This document shows, in pieces, positions 1-14,800 of a stretch of 64,000 bases of DNA (the first letter of the stretch is position 1; each line of letters begins with the position of its first letter). The DNA comes from Balanoglossus misakiensis (taxonomy: Eukaryota; Animalia; Hemichordata). A program made the translations under genes and the position numbers. Below the pieces are notes generated by a model. It was not told the DNA's origin and did no database searches. It was given only the letters and a program-made list of their open reading frames with translations. The DNA is taken from contig CM082589.2 of NCBI GenBank assembly GCA_040954595.2, positions 3,052,213 to 3,116,212 on the forward strand, given 5' to 3'.

Positions 1-3000
1 TTATGATTCAGTAATCAAGAGTAAAGTATCCAGAATTTACGTGCTTCGCTAATCTTTTGTGACACTAACCCTAGGCACAACGATGCTGGCTCACTGCACG
101 AAAATTCAACAGCTCCCCTAGTCAACCAAGTAATACCACAGGCACCTGTTACTCAAAACACAAATTCAGTGCACTCACCACATGGTATAATTCTACCATG
201 CAAATGAGCCACCTCCAACTACACAATGCAAACCAGCAGAGTCACCTGGTTAATGGTATTATTCAAATAGAATTTGGATCACTCCTGCTCCACCAATGAA
301 ATTTCAATCTATAAGGTGTTAAAATGTTCTTTTCATTTTGTATGTTCATTTCATACAGGACTCTCGCTGTTAACCAGAAGATCGCCAAGTATTAGATTTC
401 TAGAATGTGATACACATAAATATATTCTGATCTGCAGGGAGACATCTCTGCAGGGGTAAAGGGTTTCACTGTGTAATTACAGGTCAACTAATTTTAGCTG
501 GACAACTATAGAACAGCTGGTTTTTTCCACATCATTGTAGGCCTGTATCAGTATATTTAATTGATGATTGTCACGGACCAATGATGCAATGTGGCTGGTG
601 AATAACCTATATCACAGTGTGATACTGTCCGTACCACTATTCATGTTTATACAGGTGTTTATTAGCTTGTATCCAGGTCTGCGGGATTAACCTATTTATT
701 CAACGAGAACTGAAAATCATAATTATTCAGAAAACAGTTATATTCTTTGTAATACACAGTAATCTGCTGCACACTTCCCCATTGCAAGCGCGTCTGATTT
801 CTCTGCAAAGGCATCACACTTGACACTATGCAACCAGTAAACCTCAATATTTACAGTCTGGACTGAGCTAGCAGTGATCAATTTGAGCAAATCAAGCCTC
901 CACATGTACTGAATACTTCAGGGTAGTCTGAGCAATAGAGATTTGTCATAATCATTCAGAAACAGGCAGCAATGTATAACTCTCTGCGGACATCTGTAAA
1001 AACCAATTGTGTGACTCACTCTTCATAAATCGAATAGAACACACTGGTAACCTGGGTAACAGAAGAGACTTGTTTCACAGTTCACGGAAGACTTAATGTC
1101 TTTCCATTTGCTGTCAAATGAGAGATGCATCCTATGCATATATTTAGTTAGTGATCACATATTGACCCTCACTATTCTGAGATAGATCAATTATTTATAG
1201 CCACATGACAAGCTGCTGACAGACTTGGTGAAATGTACATGTATAGAGTAAAAATACGCAAATTATGGAATCTTTTTTGGCATCAGATATACCTTTAGGT
1301 ACTATAAAATAATTGAAGTCATTGACTTTTTGCCCAAGAGGTGTGTACTGTACTAGCTTGGAGGGATCATGGGTATTAAAAGGGCCATGTTTAGCAAAAC
1401 AGTGCGAGCATTCATCGTACATGTATTGGTAAACTACCTTTTCTCTGTCAGGAGATATTCCTAAGAACAGTGCATGTCATTCTAGGAGAAGTACACACCT
1501 CAAATACCAATACACTGGACAATTTTGGTTCTATGCTCCCAAAAAGCTGCTGAACAACGTATTGTCAATGCGACTCCTGTACAATTGAGACGAACTATAC
1601 TCCTGGTATTATTGGAAAAGCTAAATGCATCAGAGTTATTGCATTGAAACACAACCAAGCCCTTATTCCAACAGCTACTGACCTGTCACTTCACTACAAA
1701 CAGCAAAGTGTAGACGTGGGTGGAGGTATTCCCAGTCAATTCTAAAAATTACCCACGATTCTCTCACATTAAATAGATCACCGTTTATTATGTAATATTA
1801 TCGTGACAGAGACAGAAAAAAAAAGAATAGGTATTTCAGTAGGTATTCAGTGACTACTGACTTTGTAAAGGTTGGTGGGTATTGTCCCTGACTGCACACA
1901 GTGATTCATTCATTGAAACTACTGACTGTTGTGCCTGGAGGGTGGCTGTCATATTACAAATCGACGCCTAGTGACAGTATCTGGTGTGTGGAGCACTTGC
2001 ACAGGCAGGGGTCAAAGGTCAACAGGGTCACAGGGGCCAATCACGGCACAGGGTATTACTGGTGCAATGGACAAACTTTGAAATTTGACGACACAAAGGC
2101 TTTTCCTTGCACTTTAACAGAGCAAGGTCACCCGACCACAGTCTGCTACACAATGTCTGACCTTGGAAGACCTGAACAAAGGAATTCTCCAACTGTCCGA
2201 AAGAACACCAATAATAGATCCATTCTAACTTATGAGATTTCCTGTTTATCAATATGGCCACGCTGTAAACTCAAATTTAAGTATTATATTACATCAATTT
2301 GCTCTTTGCCTCTTCCCCATTTTTTAGTTAATTAAAAGCATCTAAGATTTCAGTACATACCCAGAATCACACTCGCGGTTGAGTTAGTGACAGTGGACAA
2401 TTAATTAAATATAAAATATTCTCTCAGACTGTCAGTTGAGTATTTGATCTGCCTTACAGCAAATGACAGACTGTTTATATCAGTGACCTTGAAGATTAGA
2501 GATATTGCAATATGCATATGTTTCCATACAGCACATCATTCGTGAACATTCTGAAGATTTTTTAGACATTTCTTTGTGTTAGTGATAAAATTTTCTCACA
2601 CCAGGATTACAGGTATTTGTCAGTGGTATGTCATGTTAGCTAACGAGGGACCACTGCTTGATTGACATCTTGAATCACCTGACTTGCATATTAATGAGTT
2701 ACATGATATTTCAAAATTCTACAAGCAAACACATATACATGTTAATATGTGATACGCAAACTACCCGACATCATCAGTCAGAGCTTTACAACAATTGAAC
2801 AGAGCTGATTGTCTCTAATCGTAAACCAATGACACATACTGCCTTTCTCACGACTGTCTGACTCATCCCCCACAATTTGCAATTTCTTTGCCAGACATCC
2901 ATCACATCGTATTTCTGGGTCAGAGAGATTAATTCGTACGCATGCTGTGATGTCAGCCCGGTGTGGGTTTTAGAGGAAAACGATAATATGGTTAACAGAC

Positions 3001-5228
3001 AGGTAGAGACACATTGCACATCACAAGCAAGCCACCAACTGGCTTGTAATTTGGATTCGAGTCATGCGATTTGACATCATGTAAATGTCTGCTGTTTCTT
3101 TCGCCTCCGTGAGTAGAAAACGAAACCAATCCACAGAAAAAATGGTCAACTGACAAGCAACTCTCTACAGACAGTAATTTTTTCTCTCCAAATTTGACGC
3201 TTAGTTCTGTATAAAAAGATTCAAGGTTAGAGGCCTGGGGCAGATATAGGTGCCACATATGATAATCTCTTCATCGTCATCATTCACGATAATGACGAAC
3301 GAATATCGTAAATTTTTTATCTTTGTGCAGATAGGCGTTGAAAATTCACAGAATATTCCATCAAGGTGATCATGTTCTTGCGTGATGCGAACTATCACAG
3401 AAAATTAACCATGTAATGATCTACACACAAGTGAAAATGCCATGCATGAATGAAAGAACATACAGTACACTGGCATTAGAAATTAACAGCATATCTACCT
3501 GTCAGTGAGGCTGCTCTCTGAAGAGGCCATAGTCTATGGAAGCTCTAAATACACGCCTAAATACTAATTTCGACACAAGACAGCACCACGGTGGGGAGAA
3601 AAGAGGAGACAAAAAAGCACCAGGACTCGTCTCTCACAGGAGAAAGTGAGTATCATTCAAACAGACCAGAGTGATGATGTCACTGCAAGCGGGGATGACT
3701 GGATGTGATTGGGAGAGAGCAGGCGAGACGGGCCAGTTCAGGGACCTCTCCATGTTAATGATGTTGAAATAGAAATCCTTGACGTAGAGGTTACACAGAG
3801 TGAATGTGTCAACAGCTGATTTATTCTATTGCTTGTTCTGATCAATATCACGCTCAAAATCACCAAAAATTTAGGATGTCAAATGAATGAATGAAATGAA
3901 TTTGAAGAAGCAATGTTTCATCTAATTTTAATAAATTAAATAAGAAGGATCTCCCATTAACTATTTAAATATAGGAATCAATGATCTCTGATACAGTATT
4001 GATTGACTTGCATAATATTATAATCTATTGTTATGATAATTGTGTCTATTGTTTCCCAATATTAAAAGGTATTGGCGGACAGACACTGCAATTGCTCTGG
4101 CCAGAAAACTTCTAATATTACAGCACGTTCTACACCTCATTTCAAGACATCCGCTGACACACACTCACTGAGTGTGCACCAGGATATGATTGTATAAATG
4201 TTTGAAAATCGACTGACTGCAATTATGTTTATGAAAGGCTAGTGCCCAACCAATTAGCTGAGAGCACTTGTTGCCATAGTAACAGATGCTGTTGGAAACG
4301 TGTGAGTGAAAGGCTTCCAATAAAATATACTGTACGGCTGAACTACTTTAGTACTTTACACTTATTTATAGACTCCTGTCCTAAACAAAACCATCGTTGA
4401 AACGTAGAAACAGTATGTGGAGGAAAAAATGTGCTGAAGTAGGTACACTGTTGTCAAGGCCAATCAGATATGTATGCTGCTAATTTTTGATTGCAAAAAT
4501 TTGAAACTGCACTGGAAATGTTAAAAACATATCAAAATTTCATATATTTTGAAAATCTGAACTAGTACTCAACCCAAGGCCAAGTACTTAAATTATCAGC
4601 CACTTGGAAATTGAGGACAAAATTTGGTGACCCTGATGACCCCAGGTCAACAATCGATATAACCGTTAGGGTTGGTCCGTATAAGTACTCTGACACGACA
4701 TGTCGTTAAATTAAGCTAAAACACAGGTGTACTTTTTAAGACCGGTGGGAAAAAGATCGCCGATCTCCTCGAGCGTAAGTTGGCGCAGTACACACTGCGG
4801 CAAGAGCTGTCAAAACATGCTGGCTGTTGAAGGTTATCAAAGTCGATTGGGGACAGTTCATTCATCATCCCCAGCCAACGGATACCGATTTCGGAAATCT
4901 GTATTTTGACACAAGAATACCAGTATCGTGTACAACCAGCAAAAAGCGATCGAATACGATCTTGCTCCAGGCGTGGCACGGTAAAAGTCGACAAAAATGC
5001 ACCGGAAAACAAGACTTCCTCACAACTTCAGTTCGGATGAAATGAACAACCGTGTCCGGTGAAACTTCGTCACAACATACCGAACAAATGCCATAGAATC
5101 TCACGAAAACAGTGACATTACTGCATCGTGTGGTACACAAATACATTCGAAAACCTCCTCATCAAAAACCTATAATTTGATTTCAGGAATCAGCGGCAAA
5201 ATACGCCAAAATCGCCCCAAATACTTAC

Positions 5229-5245
5229 GCTCTTTGCTTCCACAT
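5229..5245 (-). CDS. Probable first coding mini-exon (MWKQR A/..) of an unidentified minus-strand gene that continues off the left edge; 1-5228 would be mostly its intron
   Basis: Minus strand reads ATG TGG AAG CAA AGA GC|GTAAGTA (consensus donor), next to a CpG-rich promoter region head-to-head with PHACTR. No downstream exon could be identified with confidence. Confidence 0.45.
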
Positions 5246-5249
5246 TGAT

Positions 5250-5852
5250 GTCTGTTTGTCGGGGTTGAAGTTCAAATTTTTTCCCTTGCCGCAGAAAGCT
5301 GTTGTGGGCATGCGCTAGGATTTTCATATATCACATGATCTCAGTCAGCCAATGGTTTCCTAAAATCTTCGGACCTCAACTGTTTAAAATTTGATAAAAG
5401 AAAAAAGAAATAAAATAATAATCTCGAAACTAGAAGATTATAATAAAGTTACGAAGCGAAGTCAAAGGTCATTGAAATGTATTAGTCCACAGAAATTAAC
5501 TTAGCGAGACGTGCATATCATTATAATGTGATAATTGAAAGAACGTGCGATTTGTGAAGTGAAGGTAGGAGAAAGATTATGACATCATCTTTGGGCCCTT
5601 GGGGCATCCGAAACTCTTGGAAACATGAATGTTGTGTTATTTGCAAAGTGAAGACTTTAAATATTCTAAAGGTATATTCTTGATTTTATACAAAACATGA
5701 AACGGAAAAGTCTTATCCGCGGCGTGGCACGATCGTTCGTTAAATAAAAGACGTACTCAGAGCGAACACCCCTGTGAGAATAGTTTCGTCGAGCTCAACG
5801 ATAACTTCCGGGTGTAGATGATCGCTGAAATAGATTCGTCAGGCAGACTGTC
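5250..5852. promoter_or_regulatory. Candidate bidirectional promoter (unknown minus-strand gene / PHACTR)
   Basis: Locally raised CpG between two divergent first exons about 600 bp apart; AGCCAAT at ~5347 and ETS-type ACTTCCGG at ~5804. Confidence 0.55.
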
Positions 5853-8800
5853 ATGGCGAGTTCAGCTCGTAGTTCCCCACTAAATGACAGGAGAGGTAAA
5901 CACAGAGAAAGAAGCTCATCCGATCCTCCAACTTTTCTACCCGGCAATCAAATTATTAGATCTGGTAAGTGACTTTACAAGGTAAGCTAGATCGTGTTCA
6001 AACATATGATGAGTGCATGATCATGATCAGACTACCGGGCTGTCGAGGAAATCAATGATTCTGTGTTGCTGTTGGTGTACGAAAAAATGGCCCCGTCCAG
6101 ATTACGTGACTAGTGAAGACGATCGAGTGGAATGTTTGCTTGCTACGAAATCAGGTTTCGATGAATCATTATAGAGACATCTTTGATCTCCAAAAATAAA
6201 ACCAGACGCGTAATAACATTATTTCTTAATTCCATTGAACTTTTATTTGACCAGACATAGTTCCATTTGACTTCCAAGACTGTTTTGTTTTGAACTTAAT
6301 TCCTTACCTATAATTGCTTTTATTTAATGTGTGAATTAAATAGTTGTTCAATTCACAGTGTTTGGATAAGAGAACTTGTCCATTATGTTACGTGTATTCT
6401 TGAAACCCCCATCGGCTGATCAGTCAGTCATAAGTAACGTTTCAGAAGCACCTGCGTTTATGTGGCTTCGAGCTATTACTGTATTATTGAAGAAAACCCT
6501 CTGGTATGGTATTGACTGGGCTTCTGTTTGGTCTATGTAAATAACAAAACGAAGGATCTTTATTGATGCTACCGCATGGGGTCATTGCTCTGGCCTGAGG
6601 TCAATTTCACTTTGAAATGTACATATTGCCATGGAATCGTGAAGGCATTGCAGTCTCACAATCAACCATGACATGGTCCAATGAATTTTCATTCCCAGGC
6701 CCGTTGGCAGGCAGTTAATGATAAGAAACAATTTCCCACATGGAAATTTTTAATTGCCAAGTTTTATGGGACAACGAATTTTCTATCAACATGGGGATTA
6801 TAACCACACTGTAGTAATTAACACTTAAATTAACAGGACTAGAGCAGAGAGTTCTATTTTATCTCATTTCCCCCATCATGTCATCGAAAGTTTATATTGT
6901 CTTTGATTACCAGTTGTGGGAACTCTAAGGCGACTTTCTTCTGTTAATTAATACAATATAATACCTGCAGTGGCAAATAAGCGATTTTTGCTGACTTCAT
7001 AATCTCTGGGCAAAGTCTAGAGAAACGCCTGCCCATTTTGTTACATTTATACTACACATGCTTGAACCCATAATGTGGTTTGTGATTAAGATAATTTGTT
7101 AATCTGTAACAATGTTAGAAAAATGAGCAAAATGTGTAGTTGAAATCTACATGCATATTACTGGTTTGGCAGTTCCCCAGCGTTTATACAAAATAAGTCG
7201 CTGACCATCATTGCATACAAGACAGGCAGTCATGAGGATATGATGTGAGTCTAGCCCCAAGCAAGAAATGTGCATAACTTCAACAAAGGAAAGTGGTTCT
7301 TTGCTTGTTAGGCCTGAACTGTAACCTTGACGACAGGTTTATGCAAATGCAATTTCAGGAAATGTTTACGTCAAAATATTGACTGTACACAAACACAGTG
7401 TTACGACTCAGCAGGCAGTACCTTTGTCCACTGAAACTTGTAACTTTGATTTATGGCTGTTGAAATAAATAACAATTATTTCTTCCTTATGTCGACCACA
7501 CTTGATGCGTTTTCCCTTTATGACTTAAGACCTTTACACAACATGTCTTAAAAGCTTTTGAATTATACTAATTTGACATGATCGTCACGTTATGTTGTTT
7601 GGGTCCAATCTTTAGCACATCTGCATGAAATTTCTTTTCCCTCATGGCTATAATAGCTCTCTACACAAAAGCTGTAATCAGCAGATTGAAATGTATATTC
7701 CTTCTGGTCGACAACAACATTACGTCCAAAAGCAAATGAGTCTTTCCAAATGTCAAAGATCCATAATTATTAGATAAGGTTTGTACTGCATTGTGATTTA
7801 ATGTCAAGGTTTGCTGGTTATGGACACCCTGTCTGGTTAGTGATAACAAAGTGAGAAGTGACGTCATTGGCCTGCCTTAACATTAGCCACTCACGTCATT
7901 GAAAACAATTCATGTCTTGAGATGAGGTCGCTTGGTATTCTGAACTCTCTTTGTATTGTTCACTCGAGTAAGCGATTCAGGTGTATGTATGAGTCACCAT
8001 GTGTGTTTTATATTGTTACGGGCAGGAAACGTAAATGTTGTACATATTCGTAAAATTCATTTGAAGACCAAACCATGGCTGAAATGATACTCTGTTGGGC
8101 TTATAATTCTCAGAGGGTTATTAAGTTGAACTTATTTTAAATTACATGAGAGGCCTTTACTCTATATTAGGGATCTAATCATATGATTCCTACAGTGGTT
8201 CATATGTCACGCTGTAAATTCCAGGGCATTGTTAAATCACTTTTTACAGAGCGAGCTTTTTATATCACTCTTTGAAATCTGAAACTGTTTCTCGTACATG
8301 TGTATATCCAGTGTTGACAGTGATACTCTTTGTAAGCAAGAGCAAGGACCCGGTTGTGACCCGACACACATGCATTAATAAGAAGTGTTGACAGGGGAAA
8401 GCCCTGAAGGTCATTACCACAAAAAAACTGGCATTTTGAGGAGTTTTAGTTTTATCAGACTTGTGCGCTGATTTGCTGGATTCACAGCTTATGTTTGCCC
8501 TTACGAACAAGATTGTTGGCCCTCCAAAACAGTGTAATTAATGATTAGTGGAAAGTCCGTGAATTGGCCATGTCTCGTTTCCAAATGAAAGCAAATTATT
8601 ATCTGGCTCCAGATGTGTAGCATAGCTTGGAGGTCTCACTGGGTATCTCAAGGTCGTAGTAAACAGGCAGAAAAGGTTTGTGTCCTGACAATGAACTTGA
8701 CTTTGTTTACAATTTGACAGTGTAAGCATCAAGTGGACTATGGTTATTTTTTCTTAGGTGCTTTCACATAGAAATGAATGTACTCTGGTAACAGAAATGG

Positions 8801-11800
8801 TACCTGAGTCCTATTAAATACATTTAAATTGATATTGGCCGTATCCTGGATATCAATTGTAATTAAAGAGGCTAATGAATAGTCTAAATCTTCAGACTTG
8901 TATAATTATCCAGTATGTGATCAGTACAACATGTTTTTATCATAGGAACTTGTTAGTTGCTATGTGTTACTGTAGTTAGGCATACAATGATGTCCGGTTG
9001 TTTTTATCACAAAATACTAACGGTATCTTCACAAAATAAATACAAGTGAGTGAATGGTCTAGCAATAGAGATATGAATCATATTGTGATATAGACAGAAG
9101 AAGTGGGGATCTCCAAATTATAGGTGAATCCTTTCATTCTTGGTGAGCAAAAGGCCACAGAAATGAATGGATAACTTAACTTTCCTTGTTATTTGCCGCA
9201 TGGTTGTCCAGGTAAATTTGGAAGGAGAATAATGAGGCATCATCAGTACACCCACGCATATTTTGTTTTTCTGGAACACTTGAACACAAATGAAGGAGAA
9301 GTCACATTTCATGTACATGTAAGCCTGAGTGAAATGTTTGCAAGTAAGATCCTGACACTGGCAGCTGTTTCAATTTTGAGTTTAAATAACCCTAAATCAG
9401 ACACTTTTGTTATCCATATCAGGAGATTATATTGCTCACTCACCCAGCATCCAGTGAAATAAGGACAAGGTTATTGGTACATTATTATTATTGGCATATT
9501 AATTTACATGCAAATTTCAATCTGCCATAATCAGCTTATGGTGCTCTTTGGAATATGCATCAATTTGCATACATGTTTGCATAAAACCCACATTCACTTT
9601 AAGATGCAAAACACCTTCAGATACTCCTTTCTGGAATGACATTATTGTAAATGGCTTTCTCGTATTGTCAATGGCTCTATCCAATTTGCTGTGCTATAAT
9701 TTATCTGTCCAGACCATTGATCACATCACATGAAGCGATTACCACATATATGATTAAAGGATTCCTCCATATGGAAAATCCAATATCTATTTGATAGATC
9801 GTAACTGCACCGTGAATTGACAAGTCCTATTATTGCAAAGCTGTACCACTTATTATTGAAGCATTCTTGCAATTCTGTAGGAGTATTTTTGCTTCAGGAT
9901 GGTTCTAAGAAGTCTCATGGAAAGTCATCGAAAGCCTTATGAAAACGACAAAGTCTTGGAGACATATTTTGTGAATTGTGTAATTTCTGGAGTTGGGTTT
10001 TGTTTTGTGTGAAAAAAGTGTGTTTCTATTTAATTGATCTAGTGCTCCATTTATTGTAGTGGATGACATTGATGAAAATTTATCTATAGAACCCTGGGCA
10101 GAACTAATCTTGCTGGCCTCAATCAATACACACAGGAGTAGAATGTGAACTAGGTTACCTTTCCACTCTATGAATTTAATTAGTTGTGACAACTCATAAC
10201 TGTTCTGAGAATTAAGTTGATTATGAATTCAATCATGTTTCTTGGGTCCATTTGTTGTACATTTTATCTAACATCATTTTTGGCATATTTTGTGTCATAT
10301 TTTGACAACAATTAACACATTTTATCAAGCATCACATTTTTGCCAACTGTTTTTAAAACGTGACGGAGATGCTTATTCGAGAATGGAATTTTTGTAGAGG
10401 TCGGGGCCCAAAGGTCATCAATGAAATAAAATGTTTATGGAGTCCATGTTATAAGAGAGGCAGATTTCAGTTAATGAAAGAAACAGATGAAATAAAGGCA
10501 GGGTTTTACTTTTCAGAGAATCATACACGAGTTGAAATTTTTTTTAAGGTTGTGTAGTCTATGATAATCATCTCAGAAGTCTGATCTGTTCACACAAACC
10601 AGGTGGCTCCACAGAGTTGCTCTCTGGGTAATGGCGCCCTCTATAGTCAGGTTTGGATAAAGCTTGCATGATGGCGTGTCTGTGGTCATGGTGGTGAGAA
10701 GTTGATACGGTATTAAACACAAACTATGCACACAATGGGAACTCCCATTTAGAAGGAAATTTCAATGTCTGTGTTACACAATACACCCAGAAGTACCAAA
10801 GTGTTTGAATGAGCAGACAGAAAGAAAGACCGCTTGTCTAGACCGAAGCCTTTCACTCTCTGGCGCACCGCCAGTACCCAGTAATATATCACCAAGGCTG
10901 TAAACTTACTGCTTAAATTATTTGGAGGGGGTTCCCCTATACCATAATAGAGGTATCTGGATACAAACCTGATAATTTGCTCACTAATGTGTGAAGATAA
11001 TTTTCCTTTTGTTGTGGCCATAAATTGAAAGAGATCAGATCAATGTAATTATCCAAGGAAATTGCCTTACAATATTTTATCAATATATTGTACACATAAT
11101 CCACACAGTGAAGGATACATAATAGTATTATGGGGTCCTTTAGGTTGACATGACCTTGAATGTTGCAGTTCCGTAGCATATGTTCACAGTGAAATATAAT
11201 TTCATTACCATATTTACCAAGGCCAAAACATGGAAATGTAAATGACTGGTTTTATTTAGACCCATGTGCCAAAGTTGACGTTGATTGAATTGTAAAAAGA
11301 TGGTGATGAGAAATTGTTGTCATTACCCACTATACTTACAAGTCTTATTTTATTTCCTGTGATTCACACCAGCATCAAGTTTTGTTCATCATCACCAGCA
11401 AGTTCAAATGATATCCCTAAAAAGAATAAAAGAATTGAAAACATCAGCGATGATCTTGTTGACACATGCAAGTCTATGCTGTCTACCTGAGGTGTCTGGC
11501 AAACGCTCTCAAGGTCTATGTGCTCATTATGCACATAAACACCTTCTTCAGCAAAACATTATCGGTGCTTTGATCAGCGCAGTTTCTACTTTGCCTTTTC
11601 CGATGTGTCAGAAATCAAGGAAACGTGTAGAAATTAAATCGACGTTATTTACAGCAAACAAGATTGCTTAGGCTGAATGGGTGAAAACAGACTCACTTTT
11701 AAATCCTGTATACATGTACAGTGAGTGAAAATGTTAACATAATATTGAATTTCTGGATCATCTGGATCATCATTATTATATCCAGTGATGCATGTATCCT

Positions 11801-14800
11801 ATTTGATCATGTTGTTTCATATTTTCCCTAAATAAATCATTCTTTAATTAAAAGATTTGAATTCAATTCCCTCTCTGCCTTGATATTCATATCACAGTTA
11901 CAGTTTAGTGCCTTCATACAAGATGACATTATAATATTCTTGTGCATGAAACTGGCCCCTTGCAAAATTAATACAAAGTATGATTAACTGGATGTCAACA
12001 TTGAAGTACACTGAAATGGTGCAAATTTCCCCAAGGCAAACAGGTGGATATACTGTACTTTTGTACTTTTCTCTGTATAGAGGTCAGTGACAGTTTCTGA
12101 AGTTGTTATGTTGTTTTCAGGTGGTAGATTTTCAAAATAAAAAACAGTCGTCAGGATGTGTGTGGGTGGCAGTGCTTGAGTGATGATACCAACTGTGCCT
12201 GTGTATATGCAGTGAATGGCTGAAACCAACAAAGCACAAGGCTCTTTAAAGTCATTGTAAACCGCTAATCAGGTCAAAATGATTGGGTCACCTGAGGTCG
12301 ATCCGTAACATCGGAACATTTTTTGTGTTGATATCCTTTATGCCGTGGGCTGCTTTCCTGCTTGAAGCCATCAATCATATGAATTATAGAATGATTCACT
12401 CTGTGAAACTAGAGAATGGAGATAAATCTTGGTGTGGAGATAATCTTCAAATTTTAAAAGATAACAAGCCATTGAGTAAGAATGAAAAGAGATCAAAAGT
12501 TTTATGACTAAAGCCTTTTATAAATGTCTACTTTACAGAATCCTTGGAATTTTGTATACTGCAGTAGGCTTAAAATATCTTACAATTCTCTTCCATCAAA
12601 AAACATTCCAGACAGTGGGACGCATATGAATCTCTCACAAAATTATCAAACTTCAATGAATACAGACTCTTTGAATCAGTATTGGTCTGTCTCCCTCTGC
12701 TGAACGCTAAGCTTGCCCGCCCTATTTGCATGTGAACTTTGACCTACTTGGCCAATCAGCATATCAGATAGCGATCAAAGAACTGTTGAAAGTTTGAAAC
12801 AGTTGGGATAACAGGTTTGGAAGTATAGGACTCGGGGATAAATGCCTCTGTTTACATGTGTTTAGTTGGATTTGTACTGGCCAGTTATGAAATTCTTTAG
12901 GAGGACCAGGCGCCGAAAAAGAAAAGGTATGTCGGGGGTTGGTTTGTGGTGGAGTCTGTGTTACGAATATAACTGTGGTGATCTGAGTGGTGTGAGATGT
13001 GAATTGCCTTCTGTTGACATGGTTAAACGAGCAGAATGTGGTGCGTCACACTGACAACATTGGCTTTACTAACACATGTCAGCTATCAGAAGTTATGTTC
13101 GAAATAGACGTGATTGCGATCCCAGCGAGAGACAAAAGTGAAACGTTTTCAAAAAAATTTCACGTCTGTGAGTGGGATTGCAGTCCTGGGGCTACCACTG
13201 CATCATACATGGGCATATCGTCAGAGTTTCCATGAAAAGCCAGTTTTAATGACCTGATGTGACCACATGGAATGTTTGTTGATAACACTGTCAGGTCACA
13301 GTGTATCATAGAGATCTCCTTCTGTGCTGCGACGACCCTGCCGGAAAATTCCTTGCTGTGTGTTGTATGGATTAGGTGTGTCCACTCCCCCCCCCCCTCT
13401 ACAGACTACAGGTGTACATATACTGTGCACTCAATTCGCTCTGTGGTATAAACAGAGGTTCCCTCCAGGTATGGGTGATCATTAGCATATCATCAATCCC
13501 TTATTGCAATGCCCCTGTCCTCCTAGCCAAGCTGTCAGGTTTTGACTATAATATCAGACCACGGAATATTTCTAGCCTAACTGTCATTCAGTAATCAGTA
13601 ACACTGCTAACAGTAATCATAGGCTTTGTTGATTATCTTGCACAATCAGACATGCTACTGTACAAAAGTTGAAACGGAAACACAATTACTAGAATTAGAT
13701 CCAGGTTTCTTTTTCATTCTTGGATCCATGGAATAATCGTTGGCTTTGATCAGGATTAAGTAATGGCCGTCACTGATTGTGCGCCCCTCATAACAGTATA
13801 GATCTGGGTACTTGGAGCAGCCAGACTGATTTTAATAGCCAGGGAAGTTGGATACACCGGTGTGCTACAGTGGTACGCTGCTCTGTTCATTTTGCCTGAA
13901 GTGGAATTCCTAAACATACAGAATTGTTTGAGCTGTCATTGACATGCCCTGAAGGGATGGTTCTTGCGATTGTTTCAGTCATGCTACAGGTAGCAATTTG
14001 AATTGAATACCCCAAGTGGATATGACACAGCCATCATGAAAAATGATTTGATCGCATGGCCGGGGCTTTGCAGGGCAGTTTCTTTTGGTGTTTAAAACTT
14101 CGAATAAATCTGAAATGACACACAGAGCATTGTAGTGAGTATGGAGAAAGTTATGATGTCAAATCAGCTGGATTTGGATTTGTTTGAACTTCTTTTATGT
14201 TTTTCCTGTTGGCCCAACCAGCAAAAGTGGGCATTCCAACTAGGCTTGTGCCAAAAGTCAACACTTCACTCCGCGATTTATAGCCTCTGTGTGTTTGCAC
14301 AGGCTGCAGTTTTTGCTGCGGAATATTTCCTCTGGACATGGCATGATTGGAGTGTGCATTGTTGGGTGGAATCTGTATGACCCAATGTCACAGTCCACTA
14401 AACATGTCTCCAGTCTCAACGGGCACTTCACCATTCTGGGTGTGTCGTGTGATTAACAGTGACATATATGTATTGCACTTGACAAAACTATAGCTCACAA
14501 AGAAACTTTCAACCTAAAAGATTTTTAAAAAAAATATGGAGTATCATTTGTTGCTTGAAGCTTTTAAGCTATCAAGTTTTGGTCCCGAGATTTTCTGATC
14601 TGCTCTTTATCCTCAGGCATTGAAATGGAGAGAATAGTTGGTCAGGAAATTGAAAGAGAGCTCATTTCACTTTTATCACGGTTCTTGTGACTGTCAAGCT
14701 TTGTTCTGCACTGAGGATTGCCAACTGGTTACGTTATATAACGTGAATACACCTTTTTTGTGCTGGAATGTTTGTCTGTATCAGGGAGTTTGAGGGTGAC

